A stretch of DNA of 64,000 nucleotides from a virus (taxonomy: Duplodnaviria; Caudoviricetes): positions 27,704 through 91,703 of the IMG/VR virus record IMGVR_UViG_3300043084_000165; one strand, written 5' to 3'. A program made the translations under genes and the position numbers. The notes under the pieces were generated by a model that saw nothing but the letters and a program-made list of their open reading frames with translations, had not been told where the DNA came from and ran no database searches. Of the stretch, positions 1 to 10,798 are shown piece after piece. Every line of letters begins with the position of its first letter. Position 1 is the stretch's first letter.

Positions 1-1632
1 CTTCTTAGTCATGATGAACATACCAGGACGTGTCTTCTCAGGCAACATGCCTGCAAATACGTTCTGAAGAATGTCCAAGATATAAGAGGCCAACTGATCT
101 GAGTTCTGAGCCACCATCCAGGTGCAGAGGTTCTCAAACTCCTTCTGATCCGGATAGCTCTGTGAGTGTGCTGAAACGACCAACTGTGAAATTGGCAGTG
201 CTACCATCTGCAGGTCTTTCTTTGCGAGCTTGAAGTTCTTACCACCGTTCTTCCAAATGTCCTTGACTGCTGCATCAAAGTTACCCACCTTAGAGATAAC
301 ATCCAAGAAAGCAATGAATGAATCTACTGCCTGAGCCGGAACATACTGGTTAAGTGTGCGCTGAAGAATACGGCGTGGAATATCAAACAGGGTGAAGCCC
401 TCAAGAGCACCTGTCTCTGAATAAGTTGCAAGCTTGCGCATAGCATTAGTCCAAGAACGTGGCGTACACATTACCTTTGTTACACCAGCACCTTCCATAT
501 CCTCGTTCGGGTCCATATAGAAGTACTTACCGCCTGACATATTCTCATGCTCAGGCATTGCGAGCCACTGGAGAAGGAGTGGTGACATATAGTTTTGTGT
601 CTTAGCCCACTGCATCCAAGTCTTAACTGTTGGTTCGTAGTAAAGCTGGCTGAAGCGGTTTGACAGTGCATTACCGATATCAGACTGGCCAGCCATTTCG
701 TCCTCGGCGCGGTTGGATGCGCAAATAATCACCCAACCTGAGCCCAAGTGATAACCGTTAAAGATACCTTCATTGATAAGAGGGAGCATTACGTTGAGTA
801 CCTGTGGAGTGGCACGAGAGAGCTCATCAATAAACAACAGCCCCTTACCACATGCATCATCCAAGATCTGATCCTGGTTGCGATCTCCGGTTGGCTTATA
901 TACAGGAAGCCAAGTCTTAGGAACATCTGTTGCCTTTTCCTGACCATCAACTTCCACATACTTAGGAAGCGTAAAGTTGTCTGGGGTCTCATTAGAAAGA
1001 GTCTTTACAATGAGGTTGTACTCATTGCCGTTTGGAAGTGAGTTGAGCACTGACATCAGGATAGCGGTTTTACCAATACCTGGGGCACCCCAGATCATCA
1101 GACGAGCGAGATCCTTGTGTTTGAAGCACAAGGCAATTTCTTCCTTGAGCTCATCAGTGTCAACAACATTATATTTTGCTTCGGGGTCTTCTGTGTGCAT
1201 CTTTACCTCGTTTACATTTGCGGTTTGGTCTTCAGTAGCCTCGTTGATCTTCTGCCAGTACTGAAGTGAGTTGCCTGAACCGTACAGTTTCTTTGCTTCG
1301 GCCGGTTTGGTGCTGAGTCCTACGATGCGGCGGCCTGCACCTGACATTACCACGAGTGTAGATGCTTTGTTAATAGCCCCATCCTTGTAAGCCTGACCTG
1401 CGGTCAACGGAGAGATGGCGTTCTGAACATTACCGTTGTCATCCACTGGGCACCAGTAAGAACCTGTGAGTTTCGCAACGATACCAGTCAGGAAGCTTAC
1501 AACCTGCTTGAACTTACGCTTGAGAGTATTGAGAATGTCCTTGAGACCCTCATCAATATGCTCCTCACGCTGATCATCGATGAAGTCAACAAGACTTTGG
1601 ACCCCGAGAAGCGATTCTTGAATATCTTTCAT
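1..1632 (-). CDS. MoxR-like AAA+ ATPase (3' end runs off window)
   Basis: Not in ORF track; hand-translated from ATG at 1632 (MKDIQESLLG...), open to position 1; Walker A GAPGIGKT, Walker B LLFIDE, ICASNR, ALSNRF, TPRSW. Confidence 0.85.
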   Translation of the reverse strand, partial: MKDIQESLLGVQSLVDFIDDQREEHIDEGLKDILNTLKRKFKQVVSFLTGIVAKLTGSYWCPVDDNGNVQNAISPLTAGQAYKDGAINKASTLVVMSGAGRRIVGLSTKPAEAKKLYGSGNSLQYWQKINEATEDQTANVNEVKMHTEDPEAKYNVVDTDELKEEIALCFKHKDLARLMIWGAPGIGKTAILMSVLNSLPNGNEYNLIVKTLSNETPDNFTLPKYVEVDGQEKATDVPKTWLPVYKPTGDRNQDQILDDACGKGLLFIDELSRATPQVLNVMLPLINEGIFNGYHLGSGWVIICASNRAEDEMAGQSDIGNALSNRFSQLYYEPTVKTWMQWAKTQNYMSPLLLQWLAMPEHENMSGGKYFYMDPNEDMEGAGVTKVMCTPRSWTNAMRKLATYSETGALEGFTLFDIPRRILQRTLNQYVPAQAVDSFIAFLDVISKVGNFDAAVKDIWKNGGKNFKLAKKDLQMVALPISQLVVSAHSQSYPDQKEFENLCTWMVAQNSDQLASYILDILQNVFAGMLPEKTRPGMFIMTKK

Positions 1633-1728
1633 TTGTAGTTTATCATATATGATTTCTTCTATAATAAAAACAGTCATATCTTTGTGTGGGTAACAATACA
1701 GGATATTTCGTATATACTTACTACAAGC

Positions 1729-1835
1729 GTCACGTGACAGTGACAATAAATCTTATATATAAAGAAAAATATTGTCACTGGTGACGATAGTTATGGTGAC
1801 GAAAAAGATAACTAGTTGATTATATGTCAGTTATA
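1729..1835. repeat. Dispersed intergenic element family II, copy 1
   Basis: Perfect inverted repeat CAGTGACAATA/TATTGTCACTG, multiple GGTGAC, and spaced palindrome ATAAC-TAG-TTGAT-T-ATAT-GTCA-GTTAT; motifs shared with ~23170, ~47125, ~56633. Confidence 0.6.
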
Positions 1836-2393
1836 ATGGGTCTTGACCCTTCAATGCGGTCAACCGGCGTGACGGTGTGGGACAGTGACACCAAGTGTCA
1901 CAAGTACTATGTGGTTGCGGCACACCCCACCAAGAAATTGTTGAAGTTTGTACATCCGCAATTTTCAGTACTGCCTTATGAACCAGTTCCTGTGAAGGAT
2001 AAAACATCAATAGGCAAGGAGGATGCTATCACTTCTAATATAGAGATGGTTTGTAATCTGTGTAAGAAAATTATGTTAGCACATCAGCCTGAGTACATAG
2101 TGATCGAATCCTGTGCGTTTGGAGCGGCTGGCCGCGTGGCTGACCTTTCCGGACTAAATCACTGTTTGAGACTCACTGCGCGATCACTTAATATTCCCAT
2201 ATATGCAGTACCACCCACTACCAATAAAATGGAATTCACGGGTAACGGACAGGCCACCAAGGAAATGATGGTGGAATCCTGGAAAGCATGTGACCCGGTG
2301 GCCGTGGAGCTTTGCGGGCTGCATAAATTGGATGATATTGCCGATTCTTACGCTCTCTGTCATTTTCCTAAAAGCAGACTTGTCCTGGCCTAA
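1824..2393 (+). CDS. ruvC: RuvC-like Holliday junction resolvase
   Basis: GLDPSMRSTG, IVIE, KMEFTGNGQATKEMM, DDIADSYAL: RuvC catalytic D/E/D pattern. Confidence 0.85.
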   Translation: MSVIMGLDPSMRSTGVTVWDSDTKCHKYYVVAAHPTKKLLKFVHPQFSVLPYEPVPVKDKTSIGKEDAITSNIEMVCNLCKKIMLAHQPEYIVIESCAFGAAGRVADLSGLNHCLRLTARSLNIPIYAVPPTTNKMEFTGNGQATKEMMVESWKACDPVAVELCGLHKLDDIADSYALCHFPKSRLVLA

Positions 2394-2476
2394 AATCCGG
2401 ATCCAATCTCATTCTGAAGCTGTATTTTTAATATAGATAAATATAAATGAGAAGTCTTTCTCTAACCAATTTATAA

Positions 2477-3307
2477 ATGAATGAGATTTTACTACAGGTA
2501 TTACAGCAATGGGGAACTGCAGGAATCATAGCTCTTGCAGCTGGCTACGTATTGTATGATTCCTGGAAAAAAAGTAAAGAGATTGAAAAGTGGCTTCGTG
2601 ACCAATTCAAGATGTCGTCCGAATCCCGCCAAGACTCCACCAACTCAATCCTGAATCTCAGCACCGCCATTGAGCAGCTCCGCAAAGAAAATGAGGAGTT
2701 CCGTGCAGAGATTCGTAGTCAGGTGTCTGCAGTAGAAAACAAAATAGATGCTCATGTGCTGGACTGTGAAAAGAACAACAGTCTTCATTTGAACGCCATC
2801 TCACAACTCGCTCCAACCATTCACACCATCATCAATGATGGTCTCTCTTCTTGCGCTTGTGACCACATCGCAGTAGCGCTATTACACAATGGTTCGGTTG
2901 CATTGGGAGGAATCCCATACATCAAGTTTGGATTTATTGCTGAGAAGTACAATCCTATTGATTATCCACAAGACGTTGATCTCGTCACCAAATACAGAGA
3001 TGATGACATCACCACACACAACAGATTGCCTGTCTGCGTAGTTCAGTATCCGCAGATTGAGTTTGACCTAACAGATGATGATTGTCAGCTGGCGGAAGTT
3101 GATCCAATTATATATAACCGTTGCAAAGCGATTGGTGTGAAACATATTGCTTTTGAGGCCATCCGCGATGCTCACGGCGATACTACGGGATTTGTTGTCA
3201 TATATAAATTCAGCCAAGAATCACTGAATATGGATTCCTTGCATACTACAACAACAACTATTGAGCACTTATATCAAAATTTGATGGTTTCCCTGAATGA
3301 ATGTTGA
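2477..3307 (+). CDS. Membrane-anchored coiled-coil protein with C-terminal GAF-like domain (possible holin)
   Basis: N-terminal hydrophobic helix (WGTAGIIALAAGYVLY), coiled-coil, globular C-domain ending IRDAHGDTTGFVVI. Confidence 0.4.
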   Translation: MNEILLQVLQQWGTAGIIALAAGYVLYDSWKKSKEIEKWLRDQFKMSSESRQDSTNSILNLSTAIEQLRKENEEFRAEIRSQVSAVENKIDAHVLDCEKNNSLHLNAISQLAPTIHTIINDGLSSCACDHIAVALLHNGSVALGGIPYIKFGFIAEKYNPIDYPQDVDLVTKYRDDDITTHNRLPVCVVQYPQIEFDLTDDDCQLAEVDPIIYNRCKAIGVKHIAFEAIRDAHGDTTGFVVIYKFSQESLNMDSLHTTTTTIEHLYQNLMVSLNEC

Positions 3308-3338
3308 TATTATTAGATAAACAATCTGATTTATATCG

Positions 3339-3671
3339 ATGAACACTAAATCAACAATACAACTCGTGGCAGAAGTGCTTACTGCAAAGGAAGGGTTTGC
3401 TGAGCATCTGGCAACACTGAATGAAAAGTATAACATTCGCAATAACGTGTTTGCTTGCGATGCTCATCATAATGCTGAGGAAATCACCACAGGATACTAT
3501 GGCGAAGTATCTACTTATGATACCTTAGATGAAGCTATGAAAAACTGTAACATTCTGTTGCAGGGTATTCGTATTCATGAAGGCAAGTACTCAGTGGGTA
3601 ACTTATACGCAAAACTTTCAGATGTAAAGGAAGATCTTATCATCGACCTTTCAAATGCACAGGTACTTTGA
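3339..3671 (+). CDS. Hypothetical protein
   Basis: 110-aa ORF with AT-rich leader; TGATG coupling to next gene. Confidence 0.6.
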   Translation: MNTKSTIQLVAEVLTAKEGFAEHLATLNEKYNIRNNVFACDAHHNAEEITTGYYGEVSTYDTLDEAMKNCNILLQGIRIHEGKYSVGNLYAKLSDVKEDLIIDLSNAQVL

Positions 3672-4027
3672 TGGCAGGACTGACTCTTGCGGGTGCTAAA
3701 CCCAAGTTAGAAGCTGATCTCAAGCAGCTGCTTGAGGATGCACTATACGAAGCAGAGATGTCCATGCTCAACGAAGGAGCAGATATCGACTCAGGGATTG
3801 CTGCTCGTATCAAAAACGATATTATAATGCCAGCCAATCGCAAAAAGGCACAAAAATTTGCCGAGCAAGCATACAAACCGCTTGCTCAGGCAATATATGA
3901 TTTTGTCTCAGAGATTGGTATTACTCTCACTCCGAAAGGAACGCTTATTGCTCCTCAGGCTCCATCAGGAGCTCTACCCATCACAGGAGCAGCTTCTACC
4001 ACAACACAAGATTTTACAATAACCTAA
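3671..4027 (+). CDS. Hypothetical protein (possibly virion)
   Basis: ATG overlaps upstream stop; followed by terminator. Confidence 0.6.
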   Translation: MAGLTLAGAKPKLEADLKQLLEDALYEAEMSMLNEGADIDSGIAARIKNDIIMPANRKKAQKFAEQAYKPLAQAIYDFVSEIGITLTPKGTLIAPQAPSGALPITGAASTTTQDFTIT

Positions 4028-4028
4028 C

Positions 4029-4055
4029 AAAAAAGCCCGCATATGCGGGCTTTTT
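4029..4055. terminator. Bidirectional intrinsic terminator
   Basis: AAAAAAGCCCGC-ATAT-GCGGGCTTTTT between convergent genes. Confidence 0.85.
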
Positions 4056-4316
4056 CTATTCTCCGGTCTTTTTACCTACATTGTTATTCACCTTGAATAC
4101 GTCTGCAACAGAATTGACTCCAAGCAAGGTGGCAGAAACAATCATTGCTGTTGTGATAAGCGATTCAACAGTTTCACTTCCCCCCTCTTTTATAGTCAAA
4201 TACACGATACACCCAAAGCATCCGAATAACATCAGCGTTCCGACCGTGCTCTTCTCCAGACCATCAGAAAGCTGATCTGTAGACCATTTCAGGAACTTCT
4301 TTATGTACTCATTCAT
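4056..4316 (-). CDS. Small two-TM membrane protein (holin-like)
   Basis: Two hydrophobic segments, short charged C-terminus. Confidence 0.45.
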   Translation of the reverse strand: MNEYIKKFLKWSTDQLSDGLEKSTVGTLMLFGCFGCIVYLTIKEGGSETVESLITTAMIVSATLLGVNSVADVFKVNNNVGKKTGE

Positions 4317-4753
4317 AGCTTACTAATTGTATTTTCTGTTAATATCTTGAATTTAATATCTTTTGCCTTGCAAAATTCCAGTGCAGCTTTCCACTTACAT
4401 GAGTTGCGTGCCCATTCGCGTGCAGCCCAACAATTGTCGTTCTCAGGAGGCCTAGTCTGATTGGCTGGCTTTATCTCCACCAGCATCTTCGTACCATCTG
4501 CGAACTCTACGTAGTAGTCTGGAAAGTAGCTGTGCATCTTCCCGTCCACGAAGAGATAAGGTATCTTGACACACTCGGATCCCCAACGCAGCACGTTTTT
4601 GTTGCTTTCCAGCCATAGCATAAACTTCTTCTCATAAGACGAACGATATATCACAGGTTTTGTCGGATCAATCAACTTTTTACAAGACTGCGGATTGACA
4701 TAACCCTGTGTATATCGTGAGCGCCGTGACGGCTTGAGACTTTTTATATCCAT
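4313..4753 (-). CDS. T4 gp4-like head completion nuclease (TnsA-like fold)
   Basis: YRSSYE, WGSECVKIPY, YFPDYYV, LVEIKP, KWKAA..FKILTE. Confidence 0.85.
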   Translation of the reverse strand: MDIKSLKPSRRSRYTQGYVNPQSCKKLIDPTKPVIYRSSYEKKFMLWLESNKNVLRWGSECVKIPYLFVDGKMHSYFPDYYVEFADGTKMLVEIKPANQTRPPENDNCWAAREWARNSCKWKAALEFCKAKDIKFKILTENTISKL

Positions 4754-6813
4754 TAGTTACTTGCTGCTGCGGAGCTGTTAATTTTACGAGCTGCTACCTT
4801 TGCCTCATATGCTTCCTGATCGGCCTGAGCGGTTTCAGACGTTTCCACAGCTGCTCGCTTGAACGCGCCCTTATCAGATTCCTCAGAAGAGGTAATAGCA
4901 ATCGTTCCATCAGAGATACCAAAGTAGTACTGCCAGGTTTTAGCACTCACAGATGAGGACGATATGGCTTTTGCCGTGTTTTTTGCGGTTGCCATGCCTG
5001 ACTTGCCAGCAGCTGCAGCTATGCTCTGGGGATCTTGCCCCTGAGTATTATAGCTACTTGAAGTGGATGTCAGTGAATCTACACTATCAGCAGACATAGA
5101 GGCACTTACCTTTGAAGCATCGTAGTTCTTATTAGTTTTATAGTTCTCAGCAACCTGGTACATATCAGCCAACTTGCCTGACATGGAGTGATAGATACGG
5201 TCATTACCCGACATATACATATTCTCAATACCATACTGGTCGCGTGGCTTACCGCGGTCGAATGTGCAGGTTACCTTGAGGTTTGTTGGGAAGTCATCCA
5301 AGCCCAGCGGCCCTGAATGCTCTATCTCTGTGTTGGTGAGAATCATGTTACCCATCTGCATGATTGGGTGATGTGGGTTGCCTATGGTGATGTGCCACAG
5401 GCCCACAGGAGCATCGGAGATGAGTGAGCTTGCGAAGTAACGAGCTGGACGACCCAGCTTATTGAGCATACCTCCCATGAGCATACCCCCCACCATATTC
5501 AGCATTTGCTTTGCATATTCAACAATGCCTCCAGCCGATGTGATATTGGCTCTGAGCAGATTTACGCCGGATTTTAAGTCTTTGGATAACGCATCCATAA
5601 AATCTGTAAAGCCGCCGTTTGCCTTGAAGATGGCCATATTAGAGAATACAGAGCTCTGACGAACACCTCCTCCTCGATAACCACCCTTCCAAAATCCGCC
5701 CGTGGTATAGGTGACTGAAAGAATAGATGCTATCAGGTCCAACATAGCCTGGCGCGGGTTGATGCCATTATAAGAGCGCAGCTCATACTCAAACACCAGG
5801 GTGATCTTTTGATCAAAATCAAGACCCTCTGAAGAACGGCCATATGCTTTTTTGACGCGATCAATATCACCATAGAGCTTTGTCTTATCATATTGAGTGT
5901 CTTTATAAGTGTATGGACCTGTACTGGCGGGTACCATACCAAAGTGGTTGCTGATGAAGTTATCCAGTGCATTATTGGCGCCACCACTTGTATATAGACT
6001 ACGAGCAGTTGGATTGAACATAGCTTCCATACCATTCAATAGGCCGTTATCGCCGCCTTCCTTAGTCAAGTCCTCCCATTGTGCATTCAGTTCTTTGTAT
6101 GGCATTTTATAAGAGTACTTGAGGATCTGCTTCATGTCATTGCCTGACACCCCCAACCAGGTCACCATGGTGCCAATAGGGATGGCTAGGTTATCATCAG
6201 TACTGTTCTTGCGTCTTCGAGCGCGAGTGCCAATGGGTGCGATAGAATCAAGCACAGGGATTGGAAATCTGCGTAGAGTTATCAAATAGTTATTAGGCAC
6301 CTTGTTGAGATATTTGCAGTACATGAAGTCTGCATAGGAATAGGTAGCCACTCCAAAGTGACCTTGCTGTGAAGCCTTTACCAACTCACGAACCGTACAG
6401 CCTGAATGCTTACGCAGCTCTTCACGATTGGTGGGGGTATCCAGCAACGGCACATTATTTGATATGCGCCATTCTGATGCTCCGATAACAGCCTTTTTAA
6501 TAGCCTCTTGTGAATTAGACAAGTCTACCTCACCATCCCAGCCAGTCAGTACAGCAGAATACTTATTAAAGATGGAGCGCACACCAGGAGTACCGGGGAG
6601 ATCTGGCTTGCCATCACGCGGCTCTTTATCCTCCAGTGTAGTAGCATCCCAACCCTGCGAATGTACATCGTTGAATGTGTGGAAGATACCAAAGTTCTTA
6701 TATGTATTGAGCTCAGCGGCCACATCAGCAGATAACAAATCTACACGACCACGGCGGTGTGAAGAATGTGTGGACTGATAGGTCGCTTTGCCGAAAATTG
6801 AGTTGCTAGCCAT
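4753..6813 (-). CDS. Putative baseplate/tail structural protein
   Basis: 686-aa ORF in structural context; WHITIGNP...GPLGLDDFPT segment reminiscent of tail-tube-cap proteins. Confidence 0.45.
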   Translation of the reverse strand: MASNSIFGKATYQSTHSSHRRGRVDLLSADVAAELNTYKNFGIFHTFNDVHSQGWDATTLEDKEPRDGKPDLPGTPGVRSIFNKYSAVLTGWDGEVDLSNSQEAIKKAVIGASEWRISNNVPLLDTPTNREELRKHSGCTVRELVKASQQGHFGVATYSYADFMYCKYLNKVPNNYLITLRRFPIPVLDSIAPIGTRARRRKNSTDDNLAIPIGTMVTWLGVSGNDMKQILKYSYKMPYKELNAQWEDLTKEGGDNGLLNGMEAMFNPTARSLYTSGGANNALDNFISNHFGMVPASTGPYTYKDTQYDKTKLYGDIDRVKKAYGRSSEGLDFDQKITLVFEYELRSYNGINPRQAMLDLIASILSVTYTTGGFWKGGYRGGGVRQSSVFSNMAIFKANGGFTDFMDALSKDLKSGVNLLRANITSAGGIVEYAKQMLNMVGGMLMGGMLNKLGRPARYFASSLISDAPVGLWHITIGNPHHPIMQMGNMILTNTEIEHSGPLGLDDFPTNLKVTCTFDRGKPRDQYGIENMYMSGNDRIYHSMSGKLADMYQVAENYKTNKNYDASKVSASMSADSVDSLTSTSSSYNTQGQDPQSIAAAAGKSGMATAKNTAKAISSSSVSAKTWQYYFGISDGTIAITSSEESDKGAFKRAAVETSETAQADQEAYEAKVAARKINSSAAASN

Positions 6814-6890
6814 GTGCTAATATATTTTCTTTGATTATATAATGTCACGTCATTTCAAGCCGATATTATATAATCAAAGTAAATCGCAAT

Positions 6891-9800
6891 ATGACAGCAA
6901 CCGAATGTTTACTACAAATATCTGAGTTGACCAAACAGAATTTGCAGATCTTGCAGGTCCTGAATGACTCTTTTTATACAAAATCCAATCACCTTTCCGC
7001 AGTGGTTGGCGACACAACGTATACCATCCCCTCTTATATAGCGCTTGAGAACAAAGTCAATCACTTACAGGATGCATTTAATAATTTGGTGCATGCTGCC
7101 AAGGCGGGAGAGACCTGGTTTAACTTCGATGGCAATTCGAAGGAGGTGCTTGTTCGCGGTTATCAGCAGGCTCCAAGCCCTGTTGACCTCACACCTCAGA
7201 CAAGTTTTGAGACTGAGGCAAAGACTTTATTTAAGGACATGCTCACCCCTCAGCCATATCTCAACTTTGACATGTCTGCACTGCCTGATGACATTCACCA
7301 GGTAGTTGTGAAGAAAATTGTACCTTATTCGCTGGCGCTCAAGAATCAGTTCTATGCAAACTGCTCTGACATCTCTACTCAGGGCACTGTGCAGCTGGAC
7401 TGGACAGATGTTGTTCGCATCCTTGCTTCTGCCGATACAGGTGACTTTGTTTCAGGCACCGACTACCTGGAATATGACACTATCTATGACCTTCCAGTAC
7501 GCAACTGTGTGCGCTCAGGTTCTTATATAGTAGAAAAAGTCGTCACTGACCAGATAACAGAGAACCTTGAGAACGTCTTAACCCTTAGTATTCACGCAGA
7601 TACACCCCTCACCCGAACCTCATTTGACGGCCGCACCATTGACAACTTACAACCGGGTGACGAACTCGTTACTTATGACGGTTCTGCCAAGCTCAAAGTC
7701 CGCACTATTAACTTCAATTCAGGACTGCTGGAGGTGTTGGTAGAGTCTGGAGAATATGTGAACATCATTGGATCTTCTGATTCGTCTAACCCATCAGATT
7801 ATTCAATACTGAAATTATATAGCTCATCTGAGACAGCTCGGGAGCTTCATATTCCACTTGAAGAGGACCAGTATGTATATATAACTATTGCTCCTCTCAA
7901 TCCACGCCTGAACCTTCAGTCAAATTGGAGTACTGGTCTATACTGCAATGTGGATAATCTCACACTGAAAGATACCGACACTGGATTCAGAAAGTACTAT
8001 AATGACAATGTGCTGAACCTGGGTGATGCTCTTATCGAACTGGGTACAGTATCTTATCCGTCTATCACACGTTATACTGAAGATCAGATGGCTACCCTGA
8101 CAACTGCTCCCGCTACGGATGATATAAATCTTGATGTAGTACAAATCAATAAGCACCTGAATGATTCAGACACTGTCAAGAACATTCGTGCGCTGTATTC
8201 ACAGAAGAAACAGTACCAGGCAGACCTGTCAGAAGTGCAGTCGCGCATTGCTTCACTCACAGAGTCGCTCGCTGAGATTTCATTTGATGACATGTCGGGT
8301 ACGCGTTCGGCTTATACAGCACAGATTGCAGAGCTTCAGGATCAACAGAATGAGCTAACCACATCTATAAACAAGATCATTGATAACATCGCCACCTCAG
8401 CCAACGATGCAACGATTCCCCTTGAATCCGCCAAGTTCCGTGCACGCGGTTACCTGGATGTAGAAGCCATTGCCAAGCGCATCGCAGAAGCCATGCCGGT
8501 GATCGGTTCGTCTGAACTGGGTATTCAAGAGGTGACCACTTCTGTTGAGTCTATCCGCGAAAATATCCTAGGTATCCAGTGCCGTTACAGATATCGTAAT
8601 GCAGACATTCCACAGGCCAATGTATCAGTGATTGGTGACAAGTTCTTGTTTACCGAATGGTCCACATACAACCCACCACTCCGCGAGCGTTCTATGGTAT
8701 ATAGCGATGGCTCTTATGAAATCACGCGCGATGATGTGGATTCAAGCGGCTTTAAGTACTCAGACAATGTACCCAAGTTCAATCAGCTGGACATTCCCAT
8801 CTCTCAGGGCGAGAATGTGGAGCTGCAGGTACGTATCATTTGGGGCTTTGGATATCCGTTCGTGACTGTGGCGAGCGAGTGGTCGGATGCACTTACTGTG
8901 GAGTTCCCTGATGAACTTGCTCAGGATGTTCAAGTGACCACCATCATTGAAGAGAACAACTCAGACATTGAGACTAATCGCTTCGATACCATATTGAGTA
9001 ATAAGGGTATCACAGCCCATGCAGATGACTCCATTGACGACCAGGACATCACATACTTCCACAAGCCAGAGTCCATCAGTTCAGGCTTCTATACCTCTGA
9101 ACGTCGTATTATCCCGCTGAAGGATAAGCTTCAGGACATGTCAGCAGACATCACCGAGCTTCAGGATATGATTGAGGGCACTGGCTCTGATATACTTTCA
9201 GCCAAGTTCATTGTGGATGGGGCGGCGACAACACTACTGCCTGATGTGAACAACGTAGTTCAGCTGCCTGCCTGGATTTCTGTATCAGAATCCGAAGACT
9301 CAGTGCCAACAGGATCTTCTTATAAGAAAGATAGCTGGGTGTATAGTACAGGAAGCCTTACGCTGACAAATACAACTGAACATACTGTTTATTTATTCTC
9401 TGTATTCCCGGGTTCAAGAGATATTACTGTTGACAAACGACAGTATAAGATATTTCCATCTGATGACTTCCAAATCGACAATGACAAAAGCAAATCCGGT
9501 GTGGGAATTGTATGGACTGCGGATGATACACAAACAACCATCAAATCAGTAGCATACAAACAGCGCTGCAATCAGATCATTACATTCCGTAGAACTAATC
9601 CATATGATGGTTCGCCACTGGGGCCGCTGGGGGCTTCTGATTACCCAAACTTTAACGAGTATAACGCATCTCATGACCAAGCCACGGGAGTATGCAATAC
9701 AAATAAGCCAGCGGGTCTGTTTGTCTACCCAATGTCTCCGAACCAGTACGGACTGTGTATGGATGCGGATGCAGTAAATGCGAAATATCGTTTAGCACCA

Positions 9801-10025
9801 GGCGAAACTATTCAGTTTGATTGCATCATTGAGTATATGCTTAACAACACTAAGTCATCTGATGCATGGACGTTGGGTGTGATGGTTCGTACATCACTGT
9901 ATGCTGATCCACTTTATTATCAGATTCAGATTGTTGCGAAGTACAATCAGTCAACATCAGACTTATTGAATTCAGCCAAGACATCGGTTGATTCGTTGAC
10001 CAAATATAGTGTAACAGTACGCTAA
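6891..10025 (+). CDS. Large putative virion structural protein
   Basis: 1044 aa, beta-rich with central coiled-coil; first gene of a structural block. Confidence 0.55.
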   Translation: MTATECLLQISELTKQNLQILQVLNDSFYTKSNHLSAVVGDTTYTIPSYIALENKVNHLQDAFNNLVHAAKAGETWFNFDGNSKEVLVRGYQQAPSPVDLTPQTSFETEAKTLFKDMLTPQPYLNFDMSALPDDIHQVVVKKIVPYSLALKNQFYANCSDISTQGTVQLDWTDVVRILASADTGDFVSGTDYLEYDTIYDLPVRNCVRSGSYIVEKVVTDQITENLENVLTLSIHADTPLTRTSFDGRTIDNLQPGDELVTYDGSAKLKVRTINFNSGLLEVLVESGEYVNIIGSSDSSNPSDYSILKLYSSSETARELHIPLEEDQYVYITIAPLNPRLNLQSNWSTGLYCNVDNLTLKDTDTGFRKYYNDNVLNLGDALIELGTVSYPSITRYTEDQMATLTTAPATDDINLDVVQINKHLNDSDTVKNIRALYSQKKQYQADLSEVQSRIASLTESLAEISFDDMSGTRSAYTAQIAELQDQQNELTTSINKIIDNIATSANDATIPLESAKFRARGYLDVEAIAKRIAEAMPVIGSSELGIQEVTTSVESIRENILGIQCRYRYRNADIPQANVSVIGDKFLFTEWSTYNPPLRERSMVYSDGSYEITRDDVDSSGFKYSDNVPKFNQLDIPISQGENVELQVRIIWGFGYPFVTVASEWSDALTVEFPDELAQDVQVTTIIEENNSDIETNRFDTILSNKGITAHADDSIDDQDITYFHKPESISSGFYTSERRIIPLKDKLQDMSADITELQDMIEGTGSDILSAKFIVDGAATTLLPDVNNVVQLPAWISVSESEDSVPTGSSYKKDSWVYSTGSLTLTNTTEHTVYLFSVFPGSRDITVDKRQYKIFPSDDFQIDNDKSKSGVGIVWTADDTQTTIKSVAYKQRCNQIITFRRTNPYDGSPLGPLGASDYPNFNEYNASHDQATGVCNTNKPAGLFVYPMSPNQYGLCMDADAVNAKYRLAPGETIQFDCIIEYMLNNTKSSDAWTLGVMVRTSLYADPLYYQIQIVAKYNQSTSDLLNSAKTSVDSLTKYSVTVR

Positions 10026-10798
10026 TGGATGACGTAGTAATGAAAATACGAAAAGGAGAGCTGGACTGCAACAACCAGCAGCTCTTCTTTTCTTCTTTGA
10101 TAAAGGGCCTGATGGTGGACCTGCGATCGTTTATGAAGATCCGTGGAATCCCAGTCCCCCATATGATTATGAACACCGGCGACAGCACCATGTGGTTGCT
10201 GGAAAAGGATTATGACTTCTCCAAAGAGCCATGTGAGGTGACAAACGAACAGTATATATATAACGCAGTACCACGTTGTACCATAACAATTGGAGCCCTG
10301 GACATGGTGCCGGATCAGCTCACCAACCCATATACTCGAGGCACGTTTCAGTATGACACTGGCGATAAGCTGTATACACTGAGCGCTGAGTTTAGACGCA
10401 TGCCCGTTAAGATGCAGGTGAACCTGGACTATATGCTGGATTCGTTCACTGATGTGCTGGAGATGATGCAGCATGTCTGCACCAAACTCGCTTTTATAAG
10501 AACTTTTAGCATAGTGTACCTGGGGCAATCCATAATGTGCTCCTATACTATACCTCAAAGCATTGAGGACCAACACCTGACCGAGATTCAGGGTGACACC
10601 CAAGAATCACATAGGCGTCATGTGGAGGTGCAGCTCGAAGTGGAATCTAACATTCCAGTGTTTGAGCCGCGCACGGTTATGGAGAACATTCCTATTGCAC
10701 ATCCGGTACAGAAACTTACTACCAACGAACATGAAATTGCTTCACGCGACTTTGCGTCCCGGTCGGGTTATAGAGGTTCTCGGTTCGGGAAACGTTAA
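10025..10798 (+). CDS. T4 gp15-like tail terminator/sheath stabiliser
   Basis: VPRC..., MPVKMQVNLDYMLDSFTDVLEMMQHV resembles the gp15 PVP..L..D..QI.E pattern. Confidence 0.5.
   Translation: MDDVVMKIRKGELDCNNQQLFFSSLIKGLMVDLRSFMKIRGIPVPHMIMNTGDSTMWLLEKDYDFSKEPCEVTNEQYIYNAVPRCTITIGALDMVPDQLTNPYTRGTFQYDTGDKLYTLSAEFRRMPVKMQVNLDYMLDSFTDVLEMMQHVCTKLAFIRTFSIVYLGQSIMCSYTIPQSIEDQHLTEIQGDTQESHRRHVEVQLEVESNIPVFEPRTVMENIPIAHPVQKLTTNEHEIASRDFASRSGYRGSRFGKR

Noticed and set aside
30-1264. Short ORFs in the track (30-233, 480-671, 748-1041, 789-992, 977-1264) and similar shadow ORFs elsewhere, including 62455-63186
   Set aside because: They overlap long motif-bearing genes in another frame or strand (AAA ATPase 1-1632; adhesin 62346-64000)
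10593-10730. Track start of the gp5-like gene at 10593
   Set aside because: It would overlap the upstream gene by 200 bp; ATG 10731 begins at the OB-fold
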